Assembly (NCBI RefSeq): GCF_006345805.1
Contig: NC_042998.1
Span: 175,770,001-175,834,000 of the forward strand
Origin: Octopus sinensis
Taxonomy: Eukaryota
DNA: 64,000 nucleotides
Reading direction: 5' to 3'
Under the pieces are notes generated by a model, which ran no database searches, was not told the DNA's origin, and saw nothing but the letters and a program-made list of their open reading frames with translations. Below, piece after piece: positions 12,223 through 25,558 of this stretch. The position numbers and the translations under genes were made by a program. The number at the start of each line of letters is the position of its first letter. Position 1 is the first letter of the stretch.

Positions 12223-12470
12223 AGGGGCTGAAAAGTTCCCGACTTTAAGGGTGTCGCGAAAGGCCTGGCTGGAGGTCCAACCTTCTGAGTTCTTTTTCAG
12301 GGCTTAAAAGGATCAGAAGGACCGCTGCAATAAGTGTGTGTATCTGAGTGGGGAACGTGTTGAATAAAATCATAATTAACTGATTATCCTGCATTTTCTT
12401 TTACCCAAAGCCAGGAACTTTTCGCCCCCACCTCTTATATATATATATATGTGTGTATGTGTGTGTGTGT

Positions 12471-12501
<31 letters not shown>

Positions 12502-12726
12502 TTGTGTGTCTGTGTTTGTCCCCACTATCGCTTGACAACCGATATTGGTGTGTTTACGTTCATGCAACTTAACGGTTCGGCAAAAGAGATCGATAGAATA
12601 AGTACTAGGCTTTCAAAGAATAAGTCCCGGGGTCAGTTCGTTCCACTAAAGATGATGCTACAGCATGGCCGCAGTCAAATGACTGAAACAAGTAACAGAA
12701 TAAAAGTAAAAGAATACACACACATG

Positions 12727-12768
<42 letters not shown>

Positions 12769-13001
12769 ACACACACACACACACGAGGAGGGGCTGAAAA
12801 GTTCCCGACTTTAAGGGTGTCGCGAAAGGCCTGGCTGGAGGTCCAACCTTCTGAGTTCTTTTTCAGGGCTTAAAAGGATCAGAAGGACCGCTGCAATAAG
12901 TGTGTGTATCTGAGTGGGGAACGTGTTGAATAAAATCATAATTAACTGATTATCCTGCATTTTCTTTTACCCAAAGCCAGGAACTTTTCGCCCCCACCTC
13001 T

Positions 13002-13035
<34 letters not shown>

Positions 13036-13056
13036 GTGTGTGTGTGTGTGGTGTGT

Positions 13057-13089
<33 letters not shown>

Positions 13090-13314
13090 TTGTGTGTCTG
13101 TGTTTGTCCCCACTATCGCTTGACAACCGATATTGGTGTGTTTACGTTCATGCAACTTAACGGTTCGGCAAAAGAGATCGATAGAATAAGTACTAGGCTT
13201 TCAAAGAATAAGTCCCGGGGTCAGTTCGTTCCACTAAAGATGATGCTACAGCATGGCCGCAGTCAAATGACTGAAACAAGTAACAGAATAAAAGTAAAAG
13301 AATACACACACATG

Positions 13315-13355
<41 letters not shown>

Positions 13356-13627
13356 CACACACACACACACACGAGGAGGGGCTGAAAAGTTCCCGACTTT
13401 AAGGGTGTCGCGAAAGGCCTGGCTGGAGGTCCAACCTTCTGAGTTCTTTTTCAGGGCTTAAAAGGATCAGAAGGACCGCTGCAATAAGTGTGTGTATCTG
13501 AGTGGGGAACGTGTTGAATAAAATCATAATTAACTGATTATCCTGCATTTTCTTTTACCCAAAGCCAGGAACTTTTCGCCCCCACCTCTTATATATATAT
13601 ATATGTGTGTATGTGTGTGTGTGTGTG

Positions 13628-13660
<33 letters not shown>
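11931..13660 (+). repeat. Three tandem copies of a ~570-590-bp unit (SINE B tail, (CA)n, mariner MITE, TA/TG tract)
   Basis: Units start near 11931, 12498 and 13086. The unique parts differ at one visible site (aagtcctgggg vs aagtcccgggg). Confidence 0.95.
12217..12437 (+). mobile_element. Mariner-derived MITE, about 220 bp (further copies at 12783-13003 and 13371-13591)
   Basis: Imperfect TIRs acgaggaggggctgaaaagttcc and ggaacttttcgcccccacctctta. Interior resembles a mariner C-terminus (DRCNKCV.LSGE.VE*). Confidence 0.75.
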
Positions 13661-13666
<6 letters not shown>

Positions 13667-14189
13667 TGCCTGTGTCTTTGTGTTTGTTATCCACCACGGT
13701 TTGCCATCGGGTGTCCTTGTAACTTAGCCTAAAGAGGCCGATATATAATAGCAAACTTTAAAAAGACAACCCCGCCCTTCCAAAAGAAAAAATTGGGGGC
13801 GATTTCTTCGACTAAAATCCTTTATGGCAATGTCCCAGCATGGACGTTAGTCCGTTGACTAAAACAAGTAAAAGATCCCGTACATACACGCGCGCGCATA
13901 CACAAACTAATGAGTGACGTATTAGGATGTTGTGAGTAGGTCATACACTTGTTTTCTTTTTCACTTGCTGAAACTAACTACTGCTACTATTCCTGTCATG
14001 TTAAACGCTAATCTTCCTCACCATCGTCGTCGTCGTCGTCGGGTCATGGTTATTACCATCGTTAAACGTACAAGAAATATATCATCGTTGTTCTCGCAGT
14101 CGTTGGTGACGTCGTCGTTGTCGCCGTAGTTGCGGTCGTTGCGGTCGTTGTCAAGATAATCATCATTGTCACCACCATTTTTTCTTTCC

Positions 14190-14414
14190 TTATTACCCAC
14201 AAGGGGCTAAACATAGAGGGGACAAACAAAGACAGACATAGGTATTAAGTCAATTACATCGACCCAAGTGCGTAACTGGTACTTAATTTATCGACGCTGA
14301 AAAGGATGAAAGGCAAAGTCGACCTCGGCGGAATTTGAACTCACAACGTAACGACAGACGAAATACGACTACGCATTTCGCCCGGCGTGCTAACGTTTCT
14401 GCCAGCTCTCCGCC
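14190..14414 (-). mobile_element. SINE family A
   Basis: Complete reverse-complement copy. Confidence 0.9.
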
Positions 14415-15149
14415 CTCCACGCTATCATCATCATTATAATCGTCATCGTCGACGGCGACGTCGCCGTCACCATTATTATCTTCATCATCTTTATCATCAT
14501 CATCATCATCATCATCATTGAAATTTCAGTAAATTGGTGGGTCAATCCACACACACTCCCATATCACTCTTATTCTCCGAAATGTCAGTGAACCAGAGGA
14601 AATATCTAATCAATGATGCCATAGTTCCAAAAATATATATATATGATAAAATATCCATTATTCGATGGTGAAATGTATACCAAAATTGGTTAGCGAAATA
14701 TATCAGCACTACCCTCCTATTCCTCTTTGTTGTTCTCCTCCTTATTGCCTTCTTTCGCTTCTTCCTCCTCGTCATCTTTTCTCCGTATGAGTGTATTTTT
14801 AAACTTAATCAGGATGCTCTGAGTAGTCAGTCTGCATTACCAGTTCCGCGTCAATGCTCCAGGTGCAAGCAATGCCCTCGCAGCCCCCGCTAACCCTACT
14901 CTCAATACCAGCCTTCCTATCACATGCTGGGAGAGCACCACGCAAGTATTATTCACCAGAGTCAACGAGGAAGCCTCTAAGGTGGTTGTTCGACCTATTA
15001 GAAATAGTAGCCAAATCTCCTTCAAATCTCAACCGACCTTTTTAAATTTAGATTCGGACATTATTTACGTAGTCTTAGCTACGACTGTAAAGACAACAAT
15101 AAATAAATAAATAATTAAAAACCGGAGTAGTCATGATTAGAAAACCTTT

Positions 15150-15737
15150 GATTAGTGTTACCCTGGAGTCTTCTCGATTAGTGTTGCCCTAGAGTCTTCT
15201 CGATTAGTGATGCCCTAGAGTCTTTTCGATTAGTGTTGCCCTAGAGTCTTCTCTATTAGTGTTGCCCTAGAGTATTTTCGATTAGTGTTGCCCTAGAGTC
15301 TCCTCTATTAGTGTTGCCCTAGAGTCTTCTCGATTAGTGTTGCCCTAGAGTCTTCTCGATTAGTGTTGGCCTAGAGTCTTCTCGATTAGTGTTGCCCTCG
15401 AGTCTTCTCTGTTAGTGTTGCCCTAGAGTCTTCTCGATTAGTGTTGCCCAAGAGTTTTCTCTATTAGTGTTGCCCTAGAGTATTTTCGATTAGTGTTGCC
15501 CTAGAGTCTTTTCGATTAGTGTTGCCCTAGAGTCTCCTCTATTAGTGTTGCTCTAGAGTCTTCTCGATTAGTGTTGCCCTACAGTTTTTCGATTAGTGTT
15601 GCCCTAGAGTCTTCTCGATTAGCGTTACCCAAGAGACGTTTCGATTAGTGTTGCCCTAGAGTCTTCTCGATTAGTGTTGCCCTAGAGTCTTCTCGATTAG
15701 TGTTACCCTAGAGTCTTCTCGATTAGTGTTGCCCTAG
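15150..15737 (+). repeat. 26-bp minisatellite, about 22.5 copies
   Basis: Unit gattagtgttgccctagagtcttctc repeats directly with no spacers. Confidence 0.97.
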
Positions 15738-16029
15738 GGTAGATTCACACACTCCCATGTCACTCTTATTCTCCGAAATGTAAGTGAACCAGAGAAAATA
15801 TCTAATCGATGATGCCATTGTTCCAAAAATATATATATGATAAAACATCTATCATCAGATGGTGAAGTGTATGTGTGAGAGGCAAACCAGTGTTATGTCA
15901 ATGAATATCCCAATATGCTGCCTGGTTTACCACCGCTAATCGGTTTTTAGATGTATACAATGGAGTTCATTCTCTGGCATGTATTCGAACAAGACCACGA
16001 ATCCTTCACCACGTATTTATTTTTTGCCG

Positions 16030-16257
16030 AGAAACGTTAGCACGTCGGGCGAAATGCTTAGCGTAGCCGTATTTCGTCTGTCGTTACGTTGTGAGTTCAA
16101 ATTCTGCCGAGGTCGACTTTGCCTTTCATCCTTTCGGGTTCAATAAATTAAGTACCAGTTACGCACTGGGGTCGATTTTATCGACTCAATACCTATGTCT
16201 GTCCTTGTTTGTCCCCTCTGTGTTTAGCCCCTTGTGGGTAATAAAGAAATAGGTATT
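16030..16257 (+). mobile_element. SINE family A (5'-clipped)
   Basis: Body and tail, ending aaagaaataggtatt. Confidence 0.88.
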
Positions 16258-16366
16258 AACCAATAAGTATTCACGCTGGATATCGATGTCGTCAATCTCG
16301 CCAGCCTTTCTGTCAAACGAGAATTCCTTGGTTAACAATATCTTAGTGGAAACTTCAGATGTTCCA

Positions 16367-16530
16367 AGAGTGGCTGTGTGGTAAGTAGCTTGCTTACCAA
16401 ACCACATGGTTCTGGGTTCAGTCCCACTGCGTGGCACCTTGGGCAAGTGTCTTCTACTATAGCCTCGGGCCGACCAAAGCCTTGTGAGTGGATTTGGTAG
16501 ATGGAAACTGAAAGAAGCCCTTCGTATATA

Positions 16531-16570
<40 letters not shown>

Positions 16571-16806
16571 TGTGTGTGTATATGTTTGTGTGTCTGTGTT
16601 TGTCCCCCTCCCCAACATCGCTTGACAACCGACGCTGGTGTGTTTACGTACCTGTAACTTAGCGGTTCGGCAAAAAGATACCGATAGAATAAGTACTAGG
16701 TTTACAAAGAATAAGTCCTGGGGTCGATTTGCTCGACTAAAGGCGGTGCTCCAGCATGGCCACAGTCAAATGACTGAAACAGGTAAAAGAGTAAATGAGT
16801 AAAGAG
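16367..16806 (+). mobile_element. SINE family B
   Basis: Head, internal TA/TG tract and tail. Confidence 0.9.
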
Positions 16807-17117
16807 TATCTCAGAACCTTAAAAGTACCACATTACCCAGGATTGGCACCAACGAGTAGAAACATTCCAAAGGTCCGATTCATTCTTCAACTTCGTCCTA
16901 ATCATCTGAACCTTGTAAAACCTGCAGGTGATGATATTGACACATGGGTGGTTATACGTAATTTGTCTCCCAGTTAAAAACCACTCCTGGAATCTTGTAT
17001 GTCTTTACACAATCCACGATTGCAATTATTCAGGTCACCTTCTCAGCTTGAGAATATTTTCCTCTCTGCCTCTCTGCCTCCTCCTTACTATTAGTAGTTG
17101 CAGAGGCCCAGTTGGTT

Positions 17118-17186
17118 GTGCTACAGCATGGCCGCAGTCAAATGACTGAAACAAGTAAAAAAATAAAAGTAAAAGAATACACACAT

Positions 17187-17278
<92 letters not shown>

Positions 17279-17325
17279 AGGTGCTGAACGTTCCCGACTT
17301 TAAGGGTATCGCGAAAGGCCTGGTT
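17118..17325 (+). repeat. Diverged partial fourth copy of the SINE-tail/(CA)n/mariner-MITE junction
   Basis: gtgctacagcatggccgcagtc...aaagaatacacacatgcacgcac-(CA)n-acgaggaggtgctgaacgttcccgactttaagggt matches 12085-12270. Confidence 0.8.
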
Positions 17326-17689
17326 GGGGCGGGCTGGGGGGCGGCGGAAAGTCGGGGTCTCGCCGGCTATGTAGAGTCATCTGTTATTATAAAAGGCAGA
17401 TTTTATCTGCCTCCCTTTGTCTCTTATAGAAATCTACAATATAGGATTTCTTCAATTACAATTTACCTAGCATTTTTAAGAGTAGAATAAATCGGGTCGT
17501 GCCAGGTCCAGTTTTTAAAATTTCAACCCCAATTAAGCAAAATTTAGAGAAAACTCACATTCTGGTGTGTTAGTCAAGTGCTTTTCTTAGTGTGGGCTAT
17601 AGCACACGCACACACACACACACAAAAAGGGAGCGATCTGCTTCACTGATGCTATCACCCTAATATCTCCTCCTGTCTCTTTGCAAGTG

Positions 17690-18372
17690 TGCAACGATTA
17701 AAGTGAAAACAGTGAATCCGAGAGCTCCGACAGCGATAAAGAAAATGAATTGGCACCTGAATGGAGTGAAAATTTAAAAACTGTTTCTTTCGGTGATTTT
17801 TCTGAAGAAACTGGACCAAGCCACAGACTTTCCCAGAAGAGTAAAGCCTTCGACTATTTCTTTTTACTTTTTCGAATGAGCCCATTTGAAATCATTATGG
17901 CGGAAACGAACCGTTACGCTAAACGTAAACAAAGCGAAAGAAAGGATAGTTTGTTATTTCCCACAACCTTAAATGAAATTAAGGCCTATTTTGCCATAAA
18001 TATTATTATGGGTATCAGAAAGTTACCCAGAATAACAAATTCTATCGTAAAATTTTGTTGTATACCCAATTGAATATTAGCTAATAACCCATTTTCTATA
18101 GCGATGTTTGAACAAAATTTTAATAATTTTATATTTTGTTGAATTTATCTGTATCTACCTGCAATTAGAGTCACTTTGTGACAAAAATTATAGTATAGAA
18201 TTGGTTGAGAACATTTCATTAAATTATCTTCCAAAATTCACGTTAATATATTGATAAATAAAAAAGTTATAAATGTTTAATGAAACCAGACTGAATTTAT
18301 GATTACGTTAGAAATTAATTGAAACACATAAGGGGTGTATTTTGGTCAGAAATATAGTAACGAAAGGGTTAA
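17690..18372 (+). mobile_element. Internally deleted piggyBac-like element (transposase N-terminal part and right end)
   Basis: ORF 17750-18073 has FDYFFLLF, IMAETNRYA and TTLNEIKAYFAINIIMG (PGBD/DDE_Tnp_1_7-like). Right end gaaaggg|ttaa. Left TIR not found. Confidence 0.8.
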
Positions 18373-18480
18373 GAAAAACCAAAAAATATTTTATTCTTTA
18401 TAAATGTTGTGTTCAAAATAACATTTTCTTTTAAGAATGTGTATATAACAAAGTATGTGTATATAACTACGTGGCTTATA

Positions 18481-18879
18481 TCTTTATATATAAAAGTGAA
18501 GTTGTGTGTCTGTCTCCTACGATTTAGATTCGTAACTACTCCCACATTTTGCGGTGCAGTTTAACCAAAAGCGGGTATCTTAAAGTCGTGAGTCATATCG
18601 AGCCCTTCTGGGTATTAGCGCGCGTCTACGATGAGTCTACGATTTAAAAAAAATTTACCATCATATTTTTCCATTTTAATGCATTTTTTTCCGCTATTAT
18701 ATAAGGGAGGTAACTCTCTAAAAATATCTACGATGTGTCAACGATTTATAAAAAAAATTTACCTTAATTTTTTTCCATTTTTAATGCATTTTTTTGCTAT
18801 TTTTTGGCTATAACTCTCTAAAAATGCTTATATAGTTATTTCTCTTACAAACCCGAGCAACGCCGGGCGATACTGCTAG
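18481..18879 (+). mobile_element. Non-autonomous Helitron, 399 bp
   Basis: A|TC start, subterminal hairpin cccgagcaacgccggg, CTAG|T end, no TSD. Confidence 0.85.
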
Positions 18880-19097
18880 TGGGTACTAAATTTTCTTCCT
18901 GACTGAAAGACACCCAATTAAATTATTATCCCAATAGTTTTGGTTTAATCAGAGAATCAGCTAAAAAATATTATCATCCACCCTATTAGTACGGTTTAAC
19001 GTGGGTTCACTGTATTAGTATGCGAGTGTTTGTATGCATGTATGCATATATACATACATACGATTCAAAATACTGCATATACAGACACTAAAGTACC

Positions 19098-19190
19098 TCG
19101 TTGTTGTTGAAATTCCAACGAAAGAGCCTTGGATCTAGGTTAGAGGGCGGCTCTTTATTGGCAAGAAACCTTGAAATAAAACTGAATAAT
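19098..19190 (+). mobile_element. Isolated 3' end of the RLE-LINE family seen at 23.5 kb
   Basis: gttgttgaaattccaacgaaagagccttggatctaggttaga matches the reverse complement of about 23490-23580. Confidence 0.6.
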
Positions 19191-19208
19191 TACCTACACA
19201 CACGTGCG

Positions 19209-19239
<31 letters not shown>

Positions 19240-19529
19240 CACACACACACACACATTGTGTGTACAGTTAGAGATTGACGTAGATTATCATTATCTAGTC
19301 GGCTTCCAGTATGAGTGGTTTGTCAATACTAACAGAACATACCTAGCGGAAATTCTGATTAAGTTCTATACAGCCACAGTGTTATAAAAATTAAAACTTA
19401 CTCATATATCTTCGTAAAGTGTTTTCTAACCTAAATTAACATATTTCTTTCCGGTTTAGGTGAATTTGTTCTCTAAGTTTTAAGTTTTAATTAGATAATT
19501 TTTAATTAGGTTTTCACACACACACACAC

Positions 19530-19611
<82 letters not shown>

Positions 19612-21512
19612 CACCCACTGTAACGTATACTTCCGTGTGCGCGTGTGTAAGTACGTGTGTGTTGGTGATAAAATATTACTGACTCACAGAGCTCGAATAA
19701 CCGAATGACGTGTTAATACATATAAACCGTTTGAAATGATTCTTAATTTACCGACCTAGCTGTCCATTGAACATATATATTTATATCTACCTTTATTGGG
19801 AACAGTATAATATATATTCGTTATAAAGAACCGTGGACATGCCTCAACACGCAGTACACACAGGCACCTCTATACAGTGTATGTTTATTTAAGATTTATG
19901 TCAGTTCAGATTTCCTCTATCGTAGTAATTTTCTGGCAAACATGATGCTCGCGGGAGTCTTTACGTATCTGCTCCACTGGCAGTCCAATTACCGTCTAAT
20001 CATACAACCACCGTCTTTAAGTAGGAAGAACACATTACGTAATGTAATTCTAGATACACTACGTTTGAGTGAAAGATGGGATAGTCACGCTTGAAACGCT
20101 TTTCAGTTTATTAGGTGTGATGAGTAGAGCTGAACGGGAGGCGAGGTTACTAAACAAGTAAGTGCAGATATAAACGTAAATGTTCTTAATTTGTACTGAT
20201 GCGTTCAAATCTCTTTATACTAGAGCATCGGATAGAATATCGGGCGGTATTTAGCTACGTCCTTTTACATTTTTTGAATTTAAATCCCGCCAGCCTTAAG
20301 TTTGTATCAGTTACTGAGGTTGATTTAATCGACTGTTCGCTTCCCCAAAATTTGTGATCGTATTCATATTTATCGTTACATATTTAACTTAAGTCATTCG
20401 CTTCCTATGAAGCATAGGCCATCGACGGTTTTTCTGTAGTTTGGTTTTGAGCTAACATCGATACTTCTGTAACTTTGCTTTTTTTTTTTCTAGTTAGTGT
20501 TGTTGGCCTTAAGCAAATCCATTTGGTGGTCAATATAAGTTTGGCGTAAGACAGTGAGCTGGTAGAATCGTTAGCACGCCGGGCAAAATGCTTAGCGGCA
20601 TTTCATCCGTCTTTACGTTCTGGTTTCTTTGTTTTGCTGAGGCCATCTTTGCCTCTCATCCTTTCGGGGTCTATAAAATAAGCACCAGTTGAGCACTGAG
20701 ATCGATGTAATCGACTTAACCCCTCTCCCGAACTTTCTGGCATTGTACTAAAAATTTGAAACCAATATTAGTTTGGCCCCCATCCTTTAACCTATCCAGC
20801 ATGGGAAGCCCTACTAGGAGTTGTATGGTGGCTTGTGTGCCACCACCTGTGTGGCGGATGTCTATTGTGGAAAACCATACTTTGTCTTTTCCTCGCTTCG
20901 ATCAACTTTGCATTGCATTCTTCCTGGAAAGACAAAATTAGTATGAACCAAATATTGGGATCAATTTAATAACTACGTTTCCTTCCCACCACCTAAAAAA
21001 TAAGGCTTTGTATCAATGTTAGAAACCATTATTACCACTATCTTCGGATACATGTCAACTACAACACATGTAACTCTTTTCTCTTCTTCAATAAAGGGCC
21101 TGACTCTGAAACGTATTCCTCATATCTCTACTATATTCAATTAAACTATAACACTTCTACTTGAATTACTGTTACCGATTCAGACCCGTCTCGTTTCCTT
21201 TTTTTCTGATTTCTACATTATTAGCACTGCTTTGTCACCGAAAATTATGTTTTGAGATTCCTTGGTGCCAGAACCAGCACTAGGGCTTTTGGAACGCTAT
21301 GAAAGCAGAAGTACTCCGCATTGCTTTTATATATATTTAAAAATTTTCACAAGGAAGTGAAATTGCAAGTAGTTCCAAATACTCCCAATTAACTACTCTC
21401 AAGATCACTAATTACGCAAAATTTAGAAATACGCTTAACTTTACTCAAGGACTTTTCACATTTGAATACTTTTATTTTCATATTCTCCCTTTGTGTTTAG
21501 AAGATCTCAACA

Positions 21513-22070
<558 letters not shown>

Positions 22071-22185
22071 GATTTAGAGTCCCCTAGCACGCGTGACCCT
22101 AGGAGACTGCCTAAGTGGCCAATGCCTTCAGCTGGCTCTGGTTGAATCTATATTACATACTCAACCTTTCCTTCAACTGTATTTA

Positions 22186-22416
22186 GGCGGCGAGCTGGCA
22201 GAAGCGTTAGCACGCCGGGCGAAATGCTTTGCGGTACCTCGTTTGACGTTACGTTGTGAGTTCAAATTCCGCCGAGGTCGACATTGCCTTTTATCCTTTC
22301 GGGGTCGATAAATTAAGTACCTGTTACGCACTGGGGTCGATGTAATCGACTTAATACCTATGTCTGTCCTTGTTTGTCCCCTCTATGTTTAGCCCCTTGT
22401 GGGTAATAACGAAATA
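22186..22416 (+). mobile_element. Full-length SINE family A
   Basis: Runs from ggcggcgagctggcagaagcgttagc to gggtaataacgaaata. Confidence 0.9.
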
Positions 22417-23489
22417 TGTATATAGGCTCGTTCGATAAAAAACAACAACAATTGTTTATGTTTGCACTCCAAGAAGAAATGTATCTATTAGAGGAGTAAA
22501 TAGAGCTCTTTGCTTTTGATGGTGGTGGTAGTAGTGGTGGTTGTGGGAAGTATTTGAAAGCGGGAGAATTCTGAATTCAAACGCCTGCTGGGTCTCTTTG
22601 TTTGGAGAGGATTAAAAGTTGAAATACTATGTGATATAAAACCTAATCTTTTATTCCGCCGAAAATTAAAAAAGTAAATTATGTGAAGTGCAATCTCAGT
22701 TTATTATAAAAAGTTCCCATACAGTTATCTTTTGTTAACGTTACATTGTCAGGCGATTTCCATTGATATGAATATTTGAAAGTCTATTGACGGTTAGATA
22801 TTTGGTGACGTGTATAAGTTTACCAATTAGAAGTAAGCAGGTAAAACCCAACCCACGCGTAAGGAGCCTGTAAATAATTTTGATCAAGCTTCAGTTGTCT
22901 ACTCGGAGAACGAGTATGATTAGATTGAATTGTGAGTAACCAAGCAGTTTTTCATATAAATGCTACTGATCGGTATGCGCGGTATGCAATAAAGAGTAAC
23001 ACTCGCTGGAAGACCTGAAGCATTACCTTACGGTTCATGAGTTGTAAAACAGATTGACACGGATGGTAGACAGCCATCGTGTAGGCATGCATGTTTGCAT
23101 GTATATGCGTAGTATGATTTTTCAGTTTAATTGAAGTTCTTGAGAGGGTTCAAACCAGTTGCTAACATACATACATGCATACGTACATATATACATACAT
23201 GCATACATACGTACGTACGTACATACATACATACATACATACATACATACATACATACATACATACATACGTACGTACGTACGTACGTACATACATACAT
23301 ACATACATACATACATACATACATACATACATACGTATGTACGTACGTACGTACGTATATACGTATGTAGGTGTATGCATATGTGTGTGTATGTATGTTC
23401 AAACCGGTTGCTAACATATGTATGTATGCATGTGTGTATGTGTATATGTATTCATATGTGTATGTATGAATGTCATTATTCAGTTTTTA

Positions 23490-24345
23490 TTTCAAATTTT
23501 ATTTTTGCCAATAGAGAAAGATCCGGTTTCTAACCTAGATCCAAGGTTCTTTCATTGGAATTTCAACAAACATCAACAGGGTATTTTTATATGTATGTAT
23601 TTGTGTAGATTTGTATGTTTTCTTGTGCACATAGTTGCATATCTAGACATGCTCCTATATATTTAAATGATAAACTTCTGGAAAGTTTTGCAGATTTTTA
23701 CAGTTCCAGTGATGGACTGGATCTGCAGTCTTCGAGTCAGCTTTTTCTTTTCTAGTTTTGAGAAGCCTAATTTCTCAAATTGGCATTTAGGTAGTGTGTT
23801 ACATATCCCAATGTCCCAATAATTACAGGTATAAGCCTGAACTTGTAATCTGGATAGAGTAGTGTCAAATTTCTCAATATTTCAACGTAGGTATTTTGTT
23901 TTTCGCTGATCTTTAGCTTTATGTTAGCATCCGCTAGTTTCCATAACCCTAACCCAAATCATTGTGTCAGGTTTATTGTGTTTACATTTTATTGAGGTTT
24001 TTACTGGGACATTCTACGAGTGCTCCTTTTTATTATGAGTAGCTATGGCTTCCCCCATACTGTCGGTTCTTATTTCTTTGTCCTCGCGGTTACCTTTCCG
24101 ACGGATCTCATTATACAGTGTCCGAGCTACAACATCTTGTCTCTTCGGTAGATAATACCGTGATGACATTTTACGGCAAATGATTATGATGTGGGTGATA
24201 TCTTCGGTGTTAACTCCACAAAGTCTGCATCGGTTGTCACATTTTGCAGCTTTTCCTGTATCTCTGTTCCTTTTGTGCATCAGGTATTTGGTTGATATTC
24301 CCTGTTTCTGGATTGCAAACGCATACTCTTCAAAGTGCAAGGTAG
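23490..24345 (-). mobile_element. 3' fragment of an RLE-type LINE (R4/Dong/NeSL-like)
   Basis: CRLCGVNTEDITHIIIIC zinc finger, then FRLIPVIIGTLG and LQIQSITGTVKICKTF, then a 3' UTR. Confidence 0.85.
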
Positions 24346-24400
24346 TAATTTAGTCGGTCCATGATAGACTGCTTTGACGATCAATGTTACTATCATCTCA

Positions 24401-24622
24401 GAGCTTGGCAGAATCGTTAGCACACCGGGCGAAATGCTTCGCGGTATCTTGTCTACCGTTACGTCCTGAGTTAAAATTCCGCCGAGGTCGACTTTACCTT
24501 TCATCCTTTCGGGGTCGATTAAATAAGTACCAGTTACGCACTGGGGTCGATCTAATCGACTTGGTCCGTTTGTCCTTGTTTGTCACCTCTGTGTTAAGCC
24601 CACTGAGGGTAGTAAAGAAATA
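24401..24622 (+). mobile_element. SINE family A
   Basis: Head, body and tail. Confidence 0.88.
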
Positions 24623-24650
24623 AATATATTAACATATCCTGCTGACATAC

Positions 24651-24910
24651 TTTCATATTTTCATCTGATGATACATAGCAGTAGAGTCGTGTGACTTCTT
24701 TGGGCAAGTATTGAAGGTTATCAGACAAGGAATGCTGCTCAATGAGCTGCTTTCCGTGTCTTATGATGTTATCAGCGTCATGAATACAAACTTTGTCAAG
24801 TGATGCACTTCGACAAGAGTTGCCGATGGGATATGAAACAACATTCAAAGGCAGTCTGGATCGATGTGAATCTTTTGCCGCCTCGTTTTCGTTAGAGGCG
24901 GACTGAGTCA
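24651..24910 (-). CDS. Candidate internal coding exon of an unidentified host gene (260 nt)
   Basis: TACTAAC branch site 28 nt upstream of atttccacttcgacag|, an open frame of 86 codons (TQSASNENEAAKDSHRSRLPLNVVSYPIG...SSDENMK), donor AAA|GTATGT. Unique, non-repetitive sequence. Confidence 0.6.
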
Positions 24911-25344
24911 CTGTCGAAGTGGAAATTATGTGTGCTGGTTAGTATTTTTTCGGGTTTTCACATCAATGGCTCGGATCTTATTAAGCGGCCCGAATGTCGG
25001 CATGAGCACTGGCACTGTAAACACATTGTGGGCCTCTGCTTTATTGAATGTAGAGTTCCGAGGTCCAAATTTTCCTTATTCGACTGTAATATGTGTGTGT
25101 GTGTGTGTATGTGTGCGTGTGTGTGTGTGTGTGTGTGTTGTGTGTGTGTGTGTGTGTGTGTGTATTTAAGTAATAGTTAAGTTCTATTTCGGAGAAATGA
25201 AGCCGATTACTAAGAATGAATCAAGACAGTTCTTAGGATTCGTGGGTATGTGTGAATATATGGTGTGCGTATATGTGGGTGGATGTGTGGATGTTGTTCG
25301 CACTCGTGTAATTAGTGTATGTATGTATGTATGTATGTATGTAT

Positions 25345-25514
25345 GATCGCCTGGCTTTATCATTAAAATTTCTCACCAATAGAAAAAGAGCCGGTTTGCA
25401 AACTGAAAAAAAGTCATTTTTCAATGGAATTTAGAAAACATTAACTAGCTAGCCATGTGTGCATGTATAAATGTGTGCTTGTATTTATATGTATATGCAT
25501 ACATATTGATATAA

Positions 25515-25558
<44 letters not shown>

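Noticed and set aside
14862-14999. GC-richer open frame FRVNAPGASNAL...EEASK as a plus-strand exon
   Set aside because: Weak acceptor and donor, no recognisable homology, and it runs into a dispersed repeat.
15150-15737. CRISPR-like regular array
   Set aside because: Units are directly adjacent with no unique spacers, there are no cas genes, and the context is eukaryotic. It is a minisatellite.
21075-21115. Degenerate hammerhead (aagggcctgactctgaaacgta); similar traces near 2720-2775 and 29630-29670
   Set aside because: The CUGAnGA core is missing or too decayed to call.
22895-22931. Plus-strand exon candidate LSTRRTSMIRLN with GTGAGT donor
   Set aside because: Very short. Joining it to the neighbouring candidates gives a phase clash or a TAG stop.
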